A stretch of DNA of 46,155 nt, from positions 1 to 46,155 of the forward strand of contig JBDSBL010000088.1 in the NCBI GenBank assembly GCA_039921625.1. The letters run 5' to 3'. This document shows, one piece after another, positions 1-9,825 of this stretch. Every line of letters begins with the position of its first letter. Position 1 is the stretch's first letter. The translations under genes and the position numbers were made by a program. Origin of the DNA: Chitinophagaceae bacterium (GTDB lineage Bacteria; Bacteroidota; Bacteroidia; Chitinophagales; Chitinophagaceae). Under the pieces are notes generated by a model that searched no databases, was not told where the DNA came from, and saw nothing but the letters and a program-made list of their open reading frames with translations.

Positions 1-165
1 CAAAATATTATCCCTTCTTAATGGGCTGAAAATGAAAGAATGTTTTTACCTTGCCGCTCTACTCAGTTACTTCTTTTAGCCCGGCCCACCTGCTTGTTGC
101 ACTGGAAGTTTACAACCCAAAATGCTGAATAGAATTTATTTGTTGACTTCAAAAAAAAATCAAAA

Positions 166-621
166 ATGGAAGAGGTAAAAACTGGTGACAAAATAAAAGT
201 TCACTATCATGGAAAACTTAATAACGGTGATACTTTTGACAGTTCTGAAGGCCGCGAACCTTTAGAATTTACAGTAGGAGAAGGCCAGGTGATCAAAGGC
301 TTTGATGATGGGGTAAAAGGAATGAAAGTAGGAGATAAAAAGACAATTGAAATACCGGTGGTTGATGCCTATGGTGAAAAAAATAAGGAAATGCTGATTG
401 AGTTTCCAATGACTCAATTTCCTCCTGATATGAAACCGGAAGAAGGCATGCAATTGATGATGAATAATGGTGCAGGGCAATCTTTTCCGGTGGTAGTTGC
501 AGAAGTAAAAGACGATTCTGTGATCCTTGATGCGAATCATCCGTTAGCCGGCCAGGACCTAACTTTCGATTTGGAGCTTGTATCTATAGATCCACCAAAA
601 TCCAAAATAATAATGCCTTAA
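166..621 (+). CDS. FKBP-type peptidyl-prolyl cis-trans isomerase (SlyD/SlpA-like, no His-rich tail)
   Basis: KVHYHGKL..G.TFDSS, G.GQVIKGFD and DANHPLAGQDLTF motifs of FKBPs with an insert-in-flap domain. Confidence 0.93.
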   Translation: MEEVKTGDKIKVHYHGKLNNGDTFDSSEGREPLEFTVGEGQVIKGFDDGVKGMKVGDKKTIEIPVVDAYGEKNKEMLIEFPMTQFPPDMKPEEGMQLMMNNGAGQSFPVVVAEVKDDSVILDANHPLAGQDLTFDLELVSIDPPKSKIIMP

Positions 622-684
622 TTTTTTAGAGTTGATTCAGTTACTTTAAAAAATTTAGACGCAAAGAATACTGTTTATCTAAAA

Positions 685-2013
685 ATGCAAAACAATCAAA
701 ATGATGCTCCGGGTGCTTTCAATCCGGTAGGTCTAAAAGAAGAACTTCCTTATCAATTTACAGCAGCGGATCGCTTTATGCGGTATGTGCAAATAGACAC
801 GCAAAGTGATCCGCTTTCTTCTTCCTTTCCAAGCACAGAAAAGCAAAAAGACCTGTCACGACTTTTGGTAGCAGAGTTAAAAGCAATTGGAATTATAGAT
901 GCGCATATGGATGAATGGGGTTATATATATGCTACCATTCCGGCAACTTCTAAGAAAGACGTTCCGGTCATTTGTTTTTGCAGCCATGTAGATACGGCCC
1001 CGGATGCTAGTGGTACCAATGTAACTCCCATTCGTCACAACAACTATTCAGGCCAGGATATAACACTGCCAGATGATCCCTCTCAGATTCTTAAAGTATC
1101 AGATCATCCTTATTTGAAACAATTAATTGGGCATGATATCATTACGGCAAGTGGCCATACTTTATTAGGTTCAGATGATAAAGCAGGAGTAGCCGCCATA
1201 ATGGATGCAACAAATTACCTGGTGACGCATCCGGAAATAATGCACGGAACTATTAAGATTTTATTTACACCGGATGAAGAAGTAGGGAAGGGAACAGCCA
1301 AAGTGGATCTAGTAAAATTAGGTGCTGATTTTGGCTATACACTCGATGGTGGTGAAGCCGGTTCGCTGGAAGATGAAACATTTAGCGCTGATGCCGTAAA
1401 GTTGGTGATTCATGGAGTCATCACGCATCCCGGATCCGCAAAAGGCAAGTTGGTCAATGCATTAAAATTAGCTGGGGAAGTAATTTCTTCTTTGCCAAAA
1501 AACACCTTATCGCCCGAAACTACTGAAGGCATGGAAGGCTTCATACATCCCGTTCGCGTAGATGGTATTGCAGAGAAATGTACTCTTGATTTTATCATCC
1601 GCGACTTTGTAACGGATGGTCTGAAAACAAAAGAAACGTTGTTGGAAGACACCGTGAAACAAGTATTAAAAAATTATCCTCAGGCTTCCTATACCTTTCA
1701 AATAACAGAGCAGTACCGCAATATGAAAGAGGTGTTGGATGAATATCCGCAAGTGGTACAGTATGCGCAGGAAGCTATTGAGCGGGCAGGCCTGCAGGTT
1801 AAAAGAGAAAGCATTCGCGGGGGCACAGATGGTAGCCGGTTGTCGTTTATGGGATTACCTTCTCCCAATATTTTTACAGGGATGCAGGCCATACATTCTA
1901 AGTTGGAGCACATAAGCGTGCAGGATATGAATAAGGCAGTTGAGACTCTGGTGCACCTTGCTATGATTTGGGAAGAAAAAGGAGAGGCGTCACAAACAAC
2001 ATCCATTCCTTAA
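685..2013 (+). CDS. pepT: Peptidase T (tripeptide aminopeptidase, M20B)
   Basis: RFMRYVQIDTQSD, SHVDTAPD, LLGSDDKAG, FTPDEEVG, YTLDGG and IRGGTDG motifs. Confidence 0.95.
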   Translation: MQNNQNDAPGAFNPVGLKEELPYQFTAADRFMRYVQIDTQSDPLSSSFPSTEKQKDLSRLLVAELKAIGIIDAHMDEWGYIYATIPATSKKDVPVICFCSHVDTAPDASGTNVTPIRHNNYSGQDITLPDDPSQILKVSDHPYLKQLIGHDIITASGHTLLGSDDKAGVAAIMDATNYLVTHPEIMHGTIKILFTPDEEVGKGTAKVDLVKLGADFGYTLDGGEAGSLEDETFSADAVKLVIHGVITHPGSAKGKLVNALKLAGEVISSLPKNTLSPETTEGMEGFIHPVRVDGIAEKCTLDFIIRDFVTDGLKTKETLLEDTVKQVLKNYPQASYTFQITEQYRNMKEVLDEYPQVVQYAQEAIERAGLQVKRESIRGGTDGSRLSFMGLPSPNIFTGMQAIHSKLEHISVQDMNKAVETLVHLAMIWEEKGEASQTTSIP

Positions 2014-2028
2014 TACCGTTTACGTAAC

Positions 2029-3135
2029 ATGAGATTTGGATATGTGTTGTTACTCTCCTTTTTTTATTACCATGGTGCTGCACAAAACCTGGTAGTAAAT
2101 GGAAGCTTTGAAGATGAAAATATTTGCACCGAATACGCAAAAAACTGTGCGCCGGAAGGGTGGATGATCTCCACCCTTTTAAGTAATTTTTATTTTGATG
2201 ATTCCGTGAATGCTTACGAAGGGCGCCACTTTATAGGAATGGTAGCCGGCGGCAATGGAAGATACGGCAGCCGCAATTTTTTAAGTTGCCAGTTATTGTG
2301 TGGGCTGCAGCCGGGTTCTTCCTATCAATTACAATTCTTTATTCGTGCCGGTGAGGAAAACCTGGACAGTGTAGGCATTCTTTTTTCTGATGACGATTTG
2401 ATGAACCGCAAGTGGGGGATTAAAAATGTACTTCCTGATTTCTGGCTTTCTAATAAATACATTTTTTCAAAACGTCTTCCGTGGATGCAAGTTTCTACTA
2501 TATATAAAGCCACTGGTAAAGAATCATTTTTGAACGTTGCCTTATTTAAAAAAAATCCGCCTGACCGGTATCGTTCTCCTTCCAATCCTGACTTTTCATT
2601 TTTTATAGATTCTGTATCGCTAACTCCTTTGGATCCCAACGAAAAACTTTGTGCATCTTATTCAACCGTGAAAGAAGCACTTTATGCACAGGACGAGCGG
2701 CACACCTTGCTGGATCGTAAGATTTATGCTTTGCAAAAGAAACCACCTGTAGCTGTAGTGCTTGCTAAAACAAAAAGAATCCGAATTGATACATTGGTAC
2801 TTTCTGATGTTTTGTTTGCTACCAATAGTTTTTCACTTACAAATGGTGCCACCGCCATGCTTGATTCTTTTTTTGGCAAATGGAGGAATGGTAGGATTGA
2901 TAGCATTGTAGTAGAAGGGCATACCGATAACGTTGGCAACCTCCTGGCAAATGAAAAGCTCTCCCAAAACAGGGCAACTTCAGTAGCTAATTATATCAGC
3001 TCTATTCCTAATTCAGACAAAGTTCCAATGGACGCAAAAGGTTGGGCAGATAAAAAACCGGTAGCTACTAATGACACGCCAAATGGCCGCCAACAAAACC
3101 GTAGGGTAGCCATTTATTTTTACCTCAAATTGTAA
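2029..3135 (+). CDS. OmpA-family protein with N-terminal beta-sandwich (QNLVxNGSFE) and C-terminal peptidoglycan-binding domain
   Basis: Signal peptide; C-terminal VEGHTDNVG..N..LS..RA..V and N.T..GR..NRRV OmpA_C motifs. Confidence 0.85.
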   Translation: MRFGYVLLLSFFYYHGAAQNLVVNGSFEDENICTEYAKNCAPEGWMISTLLSNFYFDDSVNAYEGRHFIGMVAGGNGRYGSRNFLSCQLLCGLQPGSSYQLQFFIRAGEENLDSVGILFSDDDLMNRKWGIKNVLPDFWLSNKYIFSKRLPWMQVSTIYKATGKESFLNVALFKKNPPDRYRSPSNPDFSFFIDSVSLTPLDPNEKLCASYSTVKEALYAQDERHTLLDRKIYALQKKPPVAVVLAKTKRIRIDTLVLSDVLFATNSFSLTNGATAMLDSFFGKWRNGRIDSIVVEGHTDNVGNLLANEKLSQNRATSVANYISSIPNSDKVPMDAKGWADKKPVATNDTPNGRQQNRRVAIYFYLKL

Positions 3136-3219
3136 TTGCTCATAATTATTTTACCGTTCACACCATTCTTATTTTCTCCTTCTTAGTTTGCCTATCTTTA
3201 AAAATTCCAAACGGCAACT

Positions 3220-4221
3220 ATGATATTATTACAAGAAAATGCAACAGGAGGACTCATCTACTTACTCGCTAATTATTGGTGGCTAATTTTATTGATACTT
3301 ATCATTTTTAGCGGTTTGTTTACCATCAACCAGGGTTATGTTGGCGTGGTAACCATGTTTGGCAAATACAGGAGAGCCGCACGTCCGGGTCTTAACTTTA
3401 AGATTCCCATTTTTGAGCAGGTAATGAAAAAGATTTCGGTTCAAAATCGCTCTGTAGAAATGGAGTTTCAAGCAGTTACTATAGATCAGGCTAATGTATA
3501 CTTTAAAAGCATGCTTCTTTATTCGGTACAAAATCAGGATGAAGAAACTATCAAAAGGGTCGCATTTGTATTTATAAGTGACCGTGACCTAATGCAGGCT
3601 TTAACCCGCACCATTGAAGGTTCTATTCGTGCTTTTGTGGCTACCAAAAGACAAGCTGAAATTTTGGGTCAGCGGCAGGAGATTGTAGAATACGTAAAAG
3701 ACCAAATTGACCACACACTGGAAAAGTGGGGGTATCATTTGCAGGATCTGCAGATAAACGATATCACATTTGATAAAGTGATCATGGATTCCATGAGTAA
3801 AGTGGTAGCCTCCAACAACTTAAAAGCAGCTGCAGAAAATGAAGGTCAGGCGCTATTAATTACCAAAACAAAATCAGCAGAAGCAGAAGGAAATGCAATA
3901 AAAATAGCAGCCGAAGCAGAAAGAGAAGCTGCCCGGCTGCGGGGTATGGGTGTTGCCTTATTTCGGCAGGAGGTGGCAAAAGGGATGACGGAAGCGGCAG
4001 AGCAAATGAAACAAGCCAACCTCGATACCAATGTAATTTTGTTTAGTATGTGGACAGAGGCAGTTAAGAATTTTGCGGAATACGGCAGAGGTAATGTGAT
4101 CTTTTTGGATGGCTCTCCGGATGGAATGGAAAGAACGATGAAACAAATTCAGGCTATGATGATGAAGCCTGCCGGTATGGACTCCAATGCAGTCATTAAC
4201 CGGGATAATTTAAAATCCTAA
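3220..4221 (+). CDS. SPFH/Band 7 domain membrane protein
   Basis: N-terminal TM helix, VVTMFGKY..PGLNFKIP, and Ala/Glu-rich coiled coil (AEAEGNAIKIAAEAERE). Confidence 0.9.
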   Translation: MILLQENATGGLIYLLANYWWLILLILIIFSGLFTINQGYVGVVTMFGKYRRAARPGLNFKIPIFEQVMKKISVQNRSVEMEFQAVTIDQANVYFKSMLLYSVQNQDEETIKRVAFVFISDRDLMQALTRTIEGSIRAFVATKRQAEILGQRQEIVEYVKDQIDHTLEKWGYHLQDLQINDITFDKVIMDSMSKVVASNNLKAAAENEGQALLITKTKSAEAEGNAIKIAAEAEREAARLRGMGVALFRQEVAKGMTEAAEQMKQANLDTNVILFSMWTEAVKNFAEYGRGNVIFLDGSPDGMERTMKQIQAMMMKPAGMDSNAVINRDNLKS

Positions 4222-4321
4222 AAACAATCAGAAATACTAACCTAAATTAACCTGGTATAAAAAGTTTTTCCTTAAATTTCAATCTTATATTTTCCCAATT
4301 TTTAAAATCAAAAAAATCATA

Positions 4322-6871
4322 ATGCTAATGACGTTTCGTGTTCCGATCATTGCATCAAGTTTTCTTGTTGCATCACTAACATCTTTTGCGCAAAGGCCGC
4401 AACAGCAAGTGCCTCCGGCAAACCCCAATGCCCCGGGAGCTAGTGCCATGCCTGCTGCTCCACGCACAGGCCCTAAGCCGTACAATGAAGTAATTACCAG
4501 TCGTGCCCGTACCGATAAAGGGATGTTGACGACACACTTTGTTGATGATAAATATTATTTTGAAGTACCGGATTCTATGCTAGGTCGTGAAATACTGGTA
4601 GTAAACCGCATTTCTAAATCTGCCGCTGGTTCCCGTGCCGGATTTTTGGGTTATGCCGGTGATCAGATTTCTGATAATGTAATCACTTTTGAAAAAGGAC
4701 CAAACAATAAGATCTTCTTAAAAAGTATATCGTACCAGGAAGTAGGCCGCGATTCCTCGGGTGGTATGTACCAGTCCGTACGCAATTCAAACCTGCAACC
4801 AATTGTTGCCTCCTTTGATGTAAAGGCTTTTGCCCGCGATTCCATAACCGGAATGAAAGGATCTGTAATAGATGTAACAGATTACATTATGGGTGACAAT
4901 GACATTTTTTTCTTTGACCCACGTGCTAAAAGACAATTGGGATTAACTGCTTATCAAAAGGATAATTCTTACATTGTAAACGTACATTCTTACCCATCTA
5001 ATACTCAGATAAAAACGGTAAAAACGTACATGCGCACTCCTCCAGCCGCACCGGGCTTGCCGGCACAAGCTGCCTTTGGAGCTGCTTCAGGTTCGCCTAC
5101 TACCTATGAGCTGAATAGCTCTATGGTGATGCTTCCGAGAGCCCCAATGCAACCTCGTTATTTTGATCCGCGTGTTGGCTATTTTGCCACCGGATATACA
5201 GACTTTGATGTAAACCCTCAAGGTATTGAGCGGGTAAGCATGATCACACGTTGGAGATTAGAGCCAAAGGCAGAAGATATAGAAAAATACAAACGCGGTG
5301 AATTGGTAGAACCTAAAAAGCCTATCATTTATTACATAGATCCGGCCACTCCAAAAAAATGGATTCCTTACCTGATACAAGGTATTAATGATTGGCAGGT
5401 GGCTTTTGAAAAAGCAGGTTTTAAGAATGCGATCATGGGAAAAATGGCCCCAACCAATGATCCGGAGTGGAGCATTGATAATGCTAATTATTCTGCCATT
5501 GTTTACAAGCCATCTGATGTAGCCAATGCGAGCGGACCGCACGTGCATGACCCAAGAACTGGTGAGATTTTAGAATCGCATATCAACTGGTATCATAATG
5601 TAATGAACCTGGTGCGCAACTGGTACCTGATACAAACGGCAGCAGTAGATCCTAATGCAAGAACAATCCGTTTTTCTGATTCTTTGATGGGTCAGTTGAT
5701 TCGTTTTGTTTCATCTCATGAAGTAGGTCATACCCTTGGATTGAGACACAACTTCGGATCTTCTTCTACCATACCTGTTGAAAATTTGCGTAATAAAGCA
5801 TGGGTGGAAGCTAATGGCCACACGCCATCTATTATGGATTATGCCCGTTTTAATTATGTGGCGCAGCCCGAAGATAACATTACTGAAAAAGGATTATTTC
5901 CAAGGATTGGAGATTACGACAAATGGGCTATTGAATGGGGTTACCGTTGGTTGCCAGAAGCTAAATCGCCGGAAGCAGAAAGACCAATCTTAAACAAAAT
6001 GGTGGTTGAAAAACTAAAAGACAAACGCTATATGTTTGGTACCGAGGTAGACCCTGACGATCCTCGTGAGCAAAGTGAAGACCTTGGAGACAATGCAATG
6101 CTGGCAAGTGGTTATGGCATTAAAAATCTAAAGCGCATTCTTGTAAAATTGCCTGAGTATACAAGGGAAGCTAATAAGGATTATTCAAGCCTTGAAGAAT
6201 TGTATGGTCAGATAGTTGGTCAGTTTAGCCGGTACATGGGCCATGTTTCTAAAAACATTGGTGGCATTATGACCACTCCAAAAACAGTAGAGCAATCTGG
6301 AAGTACTATTGAGTTTGTAGCCAAAGCCCGCCAAAAAGAGGCAATGACCTTTTTACAACAGCAATTATTTAATACTCCTAAATGGTTGATTGACGAGAAC
6401 ATCACCAAATACACCGGTAACAATGGAATTACTACCATTGCCAGTTTGCAGGATGCTGTGCTTGGCCGCTTAATAAATAATAGCACCATTACTAAATTGC
6501 TTCGTTTTGAGGCAGAAGGTGATAATGCGTATTCTGCTATGGAAATGATGGCGGATCTGAAGCGTGGTATTTGGAGTGAGTTGTCTACCCGTCAACCCAT
6601 TGATATTTACCGTAGAAATCTTCAGAAGTCGTATGTTGATCGCTTAACACGCATAGTAAACCCTGAAGCTCCTTCAGCCGCATTAGCAGCTGCCGGTTTT
6701 GGTGGGTTGCAGGCAAGCAGAAACAATGACGTGATTTCTATTTCCAAAGCACAGCTACGGTCATTGGCCAGCGAGATCAAAGGGGCTTTACCATCATACA
6801 AGGATGGCATTACCCGTGCTCACCTGATGGATGTTTTGGATCGTATTGACAATGCATTAAACCCAAAATAA
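4322..6871 (+). CDS. Secreted zinc-dependent metalloprotease (DUF5118/DUF5117/DUF4953, EcxA-like)
   Basis: Signal peptide; PRYFDPRVGYF, KPIIYYIDPATP, DPRTGEIL, HEVGHTLGLRHN (HExxHxxGxxH) and SIMDY Met-turn. Confidence 0.92.
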   Translation: MLMTFRVPIIASSFLVASLTSFAQRPQQQVPPANPNAPGASAMPAAPRTGPKPYNEVITSRARTDKGMLTTHFVDDKYYFEVPDSMLGREILVVNRISKSAAGSRAGFLGYAGDQISDNVITFEKGPNNKIFLKSISYQEVGRDSSGGMYQSVRNSNLQPIVASFDVKAFARDSITGMKGSVIDVTDYIMGDNDIFFFDPRAKRQLGLTAYQKDNSYIVNVHSYPSNTQIKTVKTYMRTPPAAPGLPAQAAFGAASGSPTTYELNSSMVMLPRAPMQPRYFDPRVGYFATGYTDFDVNPQGIERVSMITRWRLEPKAEDIEKYKRGELVEPKKPIIYYIDPATPKKWIPYLIQGINDWQVAFEKAGFKNAIMGKMAPTNDPEWSIDNANYSAIVYKPSDVANASGPHVHDPRTGEILESHINWYHNVMNLVRNWYLIQTAAVDPNARTIRFSDSLMGQLIRFVSSHEVGHTLGLRHNFGSSSTIPVENLRNKAWVEANGHTPSIMDYARFNYVAQPEDNITEKGLFPRIGDYDKWAIEWGYRWLPEAKSPEAERPILNKMVVEKLKDKRYMFGTEVDPDDPREQSEDLGDNAMLASGYGIKNLKRILVKLPEYTREANKDYSSLEELYGQIVGQFSRYMGHVSKNIGGIMTTPKTVEQSGSTIEFVAKARQKEAMTFLQQQLFNTPKWLIDENITKYTGNNGITTIASLQDAVLGRLINNSTITKLLRFEAEGDNAYSAMEMMADLKRGIWSELSTRQPIDIYRRNLQKSYVDRLTRIVNPEAPSAALAAAGFGGLQASRNNDVISISKAQLRSLASEIKGALPSYKDGITRAHLMDVLDRIDNALNPK

Positions 6872-6889
6872 GTAATAGTTACTTGATAC

Positions 6890-6919
6890 AAAAAGCCCCG
6901 CAATTTGTGGGGCTTTTTT
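6890..6919. terminator. Rho-independent terminator, probably bidirectional
   Basis: AAAAAGCCCCGCAA/TTTGTGGGGCTTTTTT hairpin between convergent genes. Confidence 0.85.
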
Positions 6920-6974
6920 ATTTAGTGTACCAATGAAATTTTATAAATGAACTCAATTTAAAATTGATGTGGGA

Positions 6975-7409
6975 TCAATACGTTTTTTCTTTTCTTACAG
7001 ATAAATGAGGAAAAAGAAAGGATATAACATAACCGGCAACTAAAATTAATAGAGAAGTATAGGATTCAAAAAGGGCAAAATAAATAATTAGGCTATATGC
7101 CATTGCGGGCATAGCTATTAATAAAGAATATACTAAAACTTTGTAAAACGGTTCCCTCTCTTCTCTTTTTTGATCGTCATCCCACCAGGCCTTTTTATTT
7201 CTTGGATGAATAATTCCTACTATTATCGCAATTACAACCGGTATCAAAGAGATAATTATTATTATTTGTAAAAAGGATTTAAGTAACGCAAATAAGTCAT
7301 CTTGCCCGTCAAACAAATCAGAATTACCTCGTAGCAATCGAATAAAGAAAAAAACTACTGCTATTGCTAAAAAGGTATACTTATTAAAAATCCATTGATT
7401 CAATTTCAT
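6975..7409 (-). CDS. Hypothetical membrane protein (about 4 TM helices)
   Basis: 144-aa ORF with four hydrophobic segments, 29 bp downstream of the co-oriented serine hydrolase. Confidence 0.7.
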   Translation of the reverse strand: MKLNQWIFNKYTFLAIAVVFFFIRLLRGNSDLFDGQDDLFALLKSFLQIIIIISLIPVVIAIIVGIIHPRNKKAWWDDDQKREEREPFYKVLVYSLLIAMPAMAYSLIIYFALFESYTSLLILVAGYVISFLFPHLSVRKEKTY

Positions 7410-7438
7410 CTATTTATTTTAAAAGTTTTGAAGACTTA

Positions 7439-8956
7439 TTAATTGTCCTTTTTGAATGTGTATGGATCGTATTCCACAAATGGATTTTGTTTTGTTGTTA
7501 CTCCTTTTACTTTTTTACCTTCTATGTCAAACTTAATTGTAAAAATGCCGTACTCAATATTATTGTATTCCATCAGCCAGTCTCCACTATCCAAATAAGT
7601 TAATTGAGCATTTAAGTCCGGCTTTGTTTCAAAAAATAGTTGAAGACCTTTACCAGATTGTTTAATTCTGATCTTTCCATATAAATTATTGGAATAGCTG
7701 CCCAGGTAAGCAGATAGTGGGAGAGTAGGCGTATTCCCTTTCAGGCGGTCTTTCCATCCCTTTATTTCTTCCAGTTGCTGGTTCATTTCTGAAGTAAAAG
7801 AAGGCAATCGCTGGGTACTTCTGTTTACATAGGGTGTGCCGGTGTAGGCATCTAAAATTTGATAACGCAGGGCTTCGAAAAAGTTCTGATTGTCATTATT
7901 AGTCAAAATGACAATCCCCAATTTCTCCTCCGGCATAAAGCAAACATTACTTACCATACCTCCGGCACCGCCGGTGTGCCAATACAGTTGCTTCCCATTA
8001 TAGTCGCCTGCAAAAAGCCCAAGTCCATATCCTCTAAAATGCATTGGATATACCTCAGACTTTCGGGAACCTATACTAATGTTTACATCTCTCGTTTGTA
8101 GCAGCACCGAAAACGGAATGACCTGATGGCCCTGAAAACGGCCACTGTCTAACTGAAAAAGTAGCCAGTGGCTCATGTCTTTTACATTACTTATAATACT
8201 TGCTGCAGGGGCCAGGTTATTCCAATTATCAAAAGGCACTTTTTTTAAATTGCCGCTATAGCTGGTGGTATAAGGGATCGCAGCATTTTCCTTTTTTTCA
8301 ATACCGGTAGAAAGTACTTGGGTATTGACCATTTGTAACGGGGACACAATAGAATCATACACAAACTTTTCCCAGCTTTGGCCGCTTACTTTAGGAATTA
8401 CTTCCCCTGCCGTCAAAAAACAGCTATTGCAATAACCAAAGTCCTGGCGGAATTGCTGCGTTGGTTTCAGCAATCTCATTTTCTGCATTATTTGGGCACG
8501 ACTGAGGCCCGTATTCCAAAAAGTAAAATCTCCCTGAAAGGTTTTGGTGCCAATGCGATGGCTAAGGAGGTCGCGGATGGTTACTAAATCAGTTGTCGTT
8601 TTATAGTACAGCCTGTAGTCTGGAAAATATTTTACAATTCTATCATTTAAGGAAAGCTTGCCCCTATTTTCCAAAAGGGACAAAGCAGTGCCGGTAAAGA
8701 GTTTGGTATTGCTGGCAATCATAAAAAGTGTTTCCTCATCCACGGGTTTTTTACTTTCAAGACTGCGCACGCCATACCCTTTTTCTACAATCACTTTTCC
8801 ATCTTTTACTATAGCTATGGCCAGACCTGGAATATTCCAGTCCTGCATTCCTTTTTTTATATAAGCGTCCAGGCTATCTGTTATAAAGGAAGGCTGTTGG
8901 GCAAGGCAAAAAATGGTGCAAAAAATAACACTAAGGGTAATAACTAACTTCTTCAT
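7439..8956 (-). CDS. Serine hydrolase, beta-lactamase/AmpC-like family with C-terminal DUF3471-like domain
   Basis: Signal peptide; SxxK (ASNTK), LLSHRIG, YxN (YCN), HTG; C-terminal YLGSYSNNLYG. Confidence 0.88.
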   Translation of the reverse strand: MKKLVITLSVIFCTIFCLAQQPSFITDSLDAYIKKGMQDWNIPGLAIAIVKDGKVIVEKGYGVRSLESKKPVDEETLFMIASNTKLFTGTALSLLENRGKLSLNDRIVKYFPDYRLYYKTTTDLVTIRDLLSHRIGTKTFQGDFTFWNTGLSRAQIMQKMRLLKPTQQFRQDFGYCNSCFLTAGEVIPKVSGQSWEKFVYDSIVSPLQMVNTQVLSTGIEKKENAAIPYTTSYSGNLKKVPFDNWNNLAPAASIISNVKDMSHWLLFQLDSGRFQGHQVIPFSVLLQTRDVNISIGSRKSEVYPMHFRGYGLGLFAGDYNGKQLYWHTGGAGGMVSNVCFMPEEKLGIVILTNNDNQNFFEALRYQILDAYTGTPYVNRSTQRLPSFTSEMNQQLEEIKGWKDRLKGNTPTLPLSAYLGSYSNNLYGKIRIKQSGKGLQLFFETKPDLNAQLTYLDSGDWLMEYNNIEYGIFTIKFDIEGKKVKGVTTKQNPFVEYDPYTFKKDN

Positions 8957-9146
8957 CTGATCCTATTTAAGAGCAACAAATTAAACTAAATAGAAAGAGA
9001 ATAGCCCGACCCTGCTGTTCACTTTCTATATTATTTTAGGCGAATGACAGAAGATTTTCTATCAAGGCTTGATTGGCACAATATTTTAATATATAGGTTG
9101 CATCACTAAAATGCAAAAAAACCTTTGCTTAATTAAAAAAATTTTT

Positions 9147-9764
9147 ATGAAAAAAAATCACATTTCGCTTGCTCTTATTATTGCAGCAGGTGTTTTTGCG
9201 TCTTGCAATGACAGCGCAAACACTACCACTACATCCATGGACAGTAACTCCTCTAAAATGAGCGACAATACTGCCAATATGGATACAACAAATAATATGG
9301 GGGCAAACAATATGAGCAACACCCCACTTTCTGCTGATGATAGAAGCTTTGTAACGAAAGCTGCTATGGGTGGAATGATGGAAGTGCAAGCTGCCAATAT
9401 TGTGTTGAAAAACTCAAGCAATGAGCGTATTAAAAACTTTGCATCCATGATGGTACGTGATCATTCCAATGCAAATAATGAACTAAAATCACTTGCATCT
9501 GCCAAAGGCCTCATGATACCAGAGGATAGCCTGAACATGAAAAATAAAGCGCATGTAGATGCAATGGAAAAGATGCAGGGAAAGGCTTTGGACAATCATT
9601 ATGTAGGGATGATGCTTAATGATCATAAGAAAGATGTAGCTGAATTTGAAAAAGAATCAAATGCTGCCAACGATGCAGATTTGAAAAATTGGTCAGGAAA
9701 AATGGTTCCTACTTTAAAAATGCACTTAGATTCTATTCAAGCTATTTCTAAAGGAAAAATGTAA
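9147..9764 (+). CDS. DUF4142 domain lipoprotein (ferritin-like, stress-associated)
   Basis: Lipobox FASC after MKKN start; FVTKAAMGGMMEV, FASMMVRDHS and MLNDHKKDV motifs. Start moved to ATG 9147. Confidence 0.88.
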   Translation: MKKNHISLALIIAAGVFASCNDSANTTTTSMDSNSSKMSDNTANMDTTNNMGANNMSNTPLSADDRSFVTKAAMGGMMEVQAANIVLKNSSNERIKNFASMMVRDHSNANNELKSLASAKGLMIPEDSLNMKNKAHVDAMEKMQGKALDNHYVGMMLNDHKKDVAEFEKESNAANDADLKNWSGKMVPTLKMHLDSIQAISKGKM

Positions 9765-9787
9765 ATCTATTTTTTACAGTTAATTGT

Positions 9788-9816
9788 AAATGCACCTAAG
9801 AGGGTGCATTTTTTTT
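9788..9816 (+). terminator. Rho-independent terminator
   Basis: AAATGCACC/GGTGCATTT stem followed by a T run, between convergent genes. Confidence 0.8.
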
Positions 9817-9825
9817 GGAGTAAAT

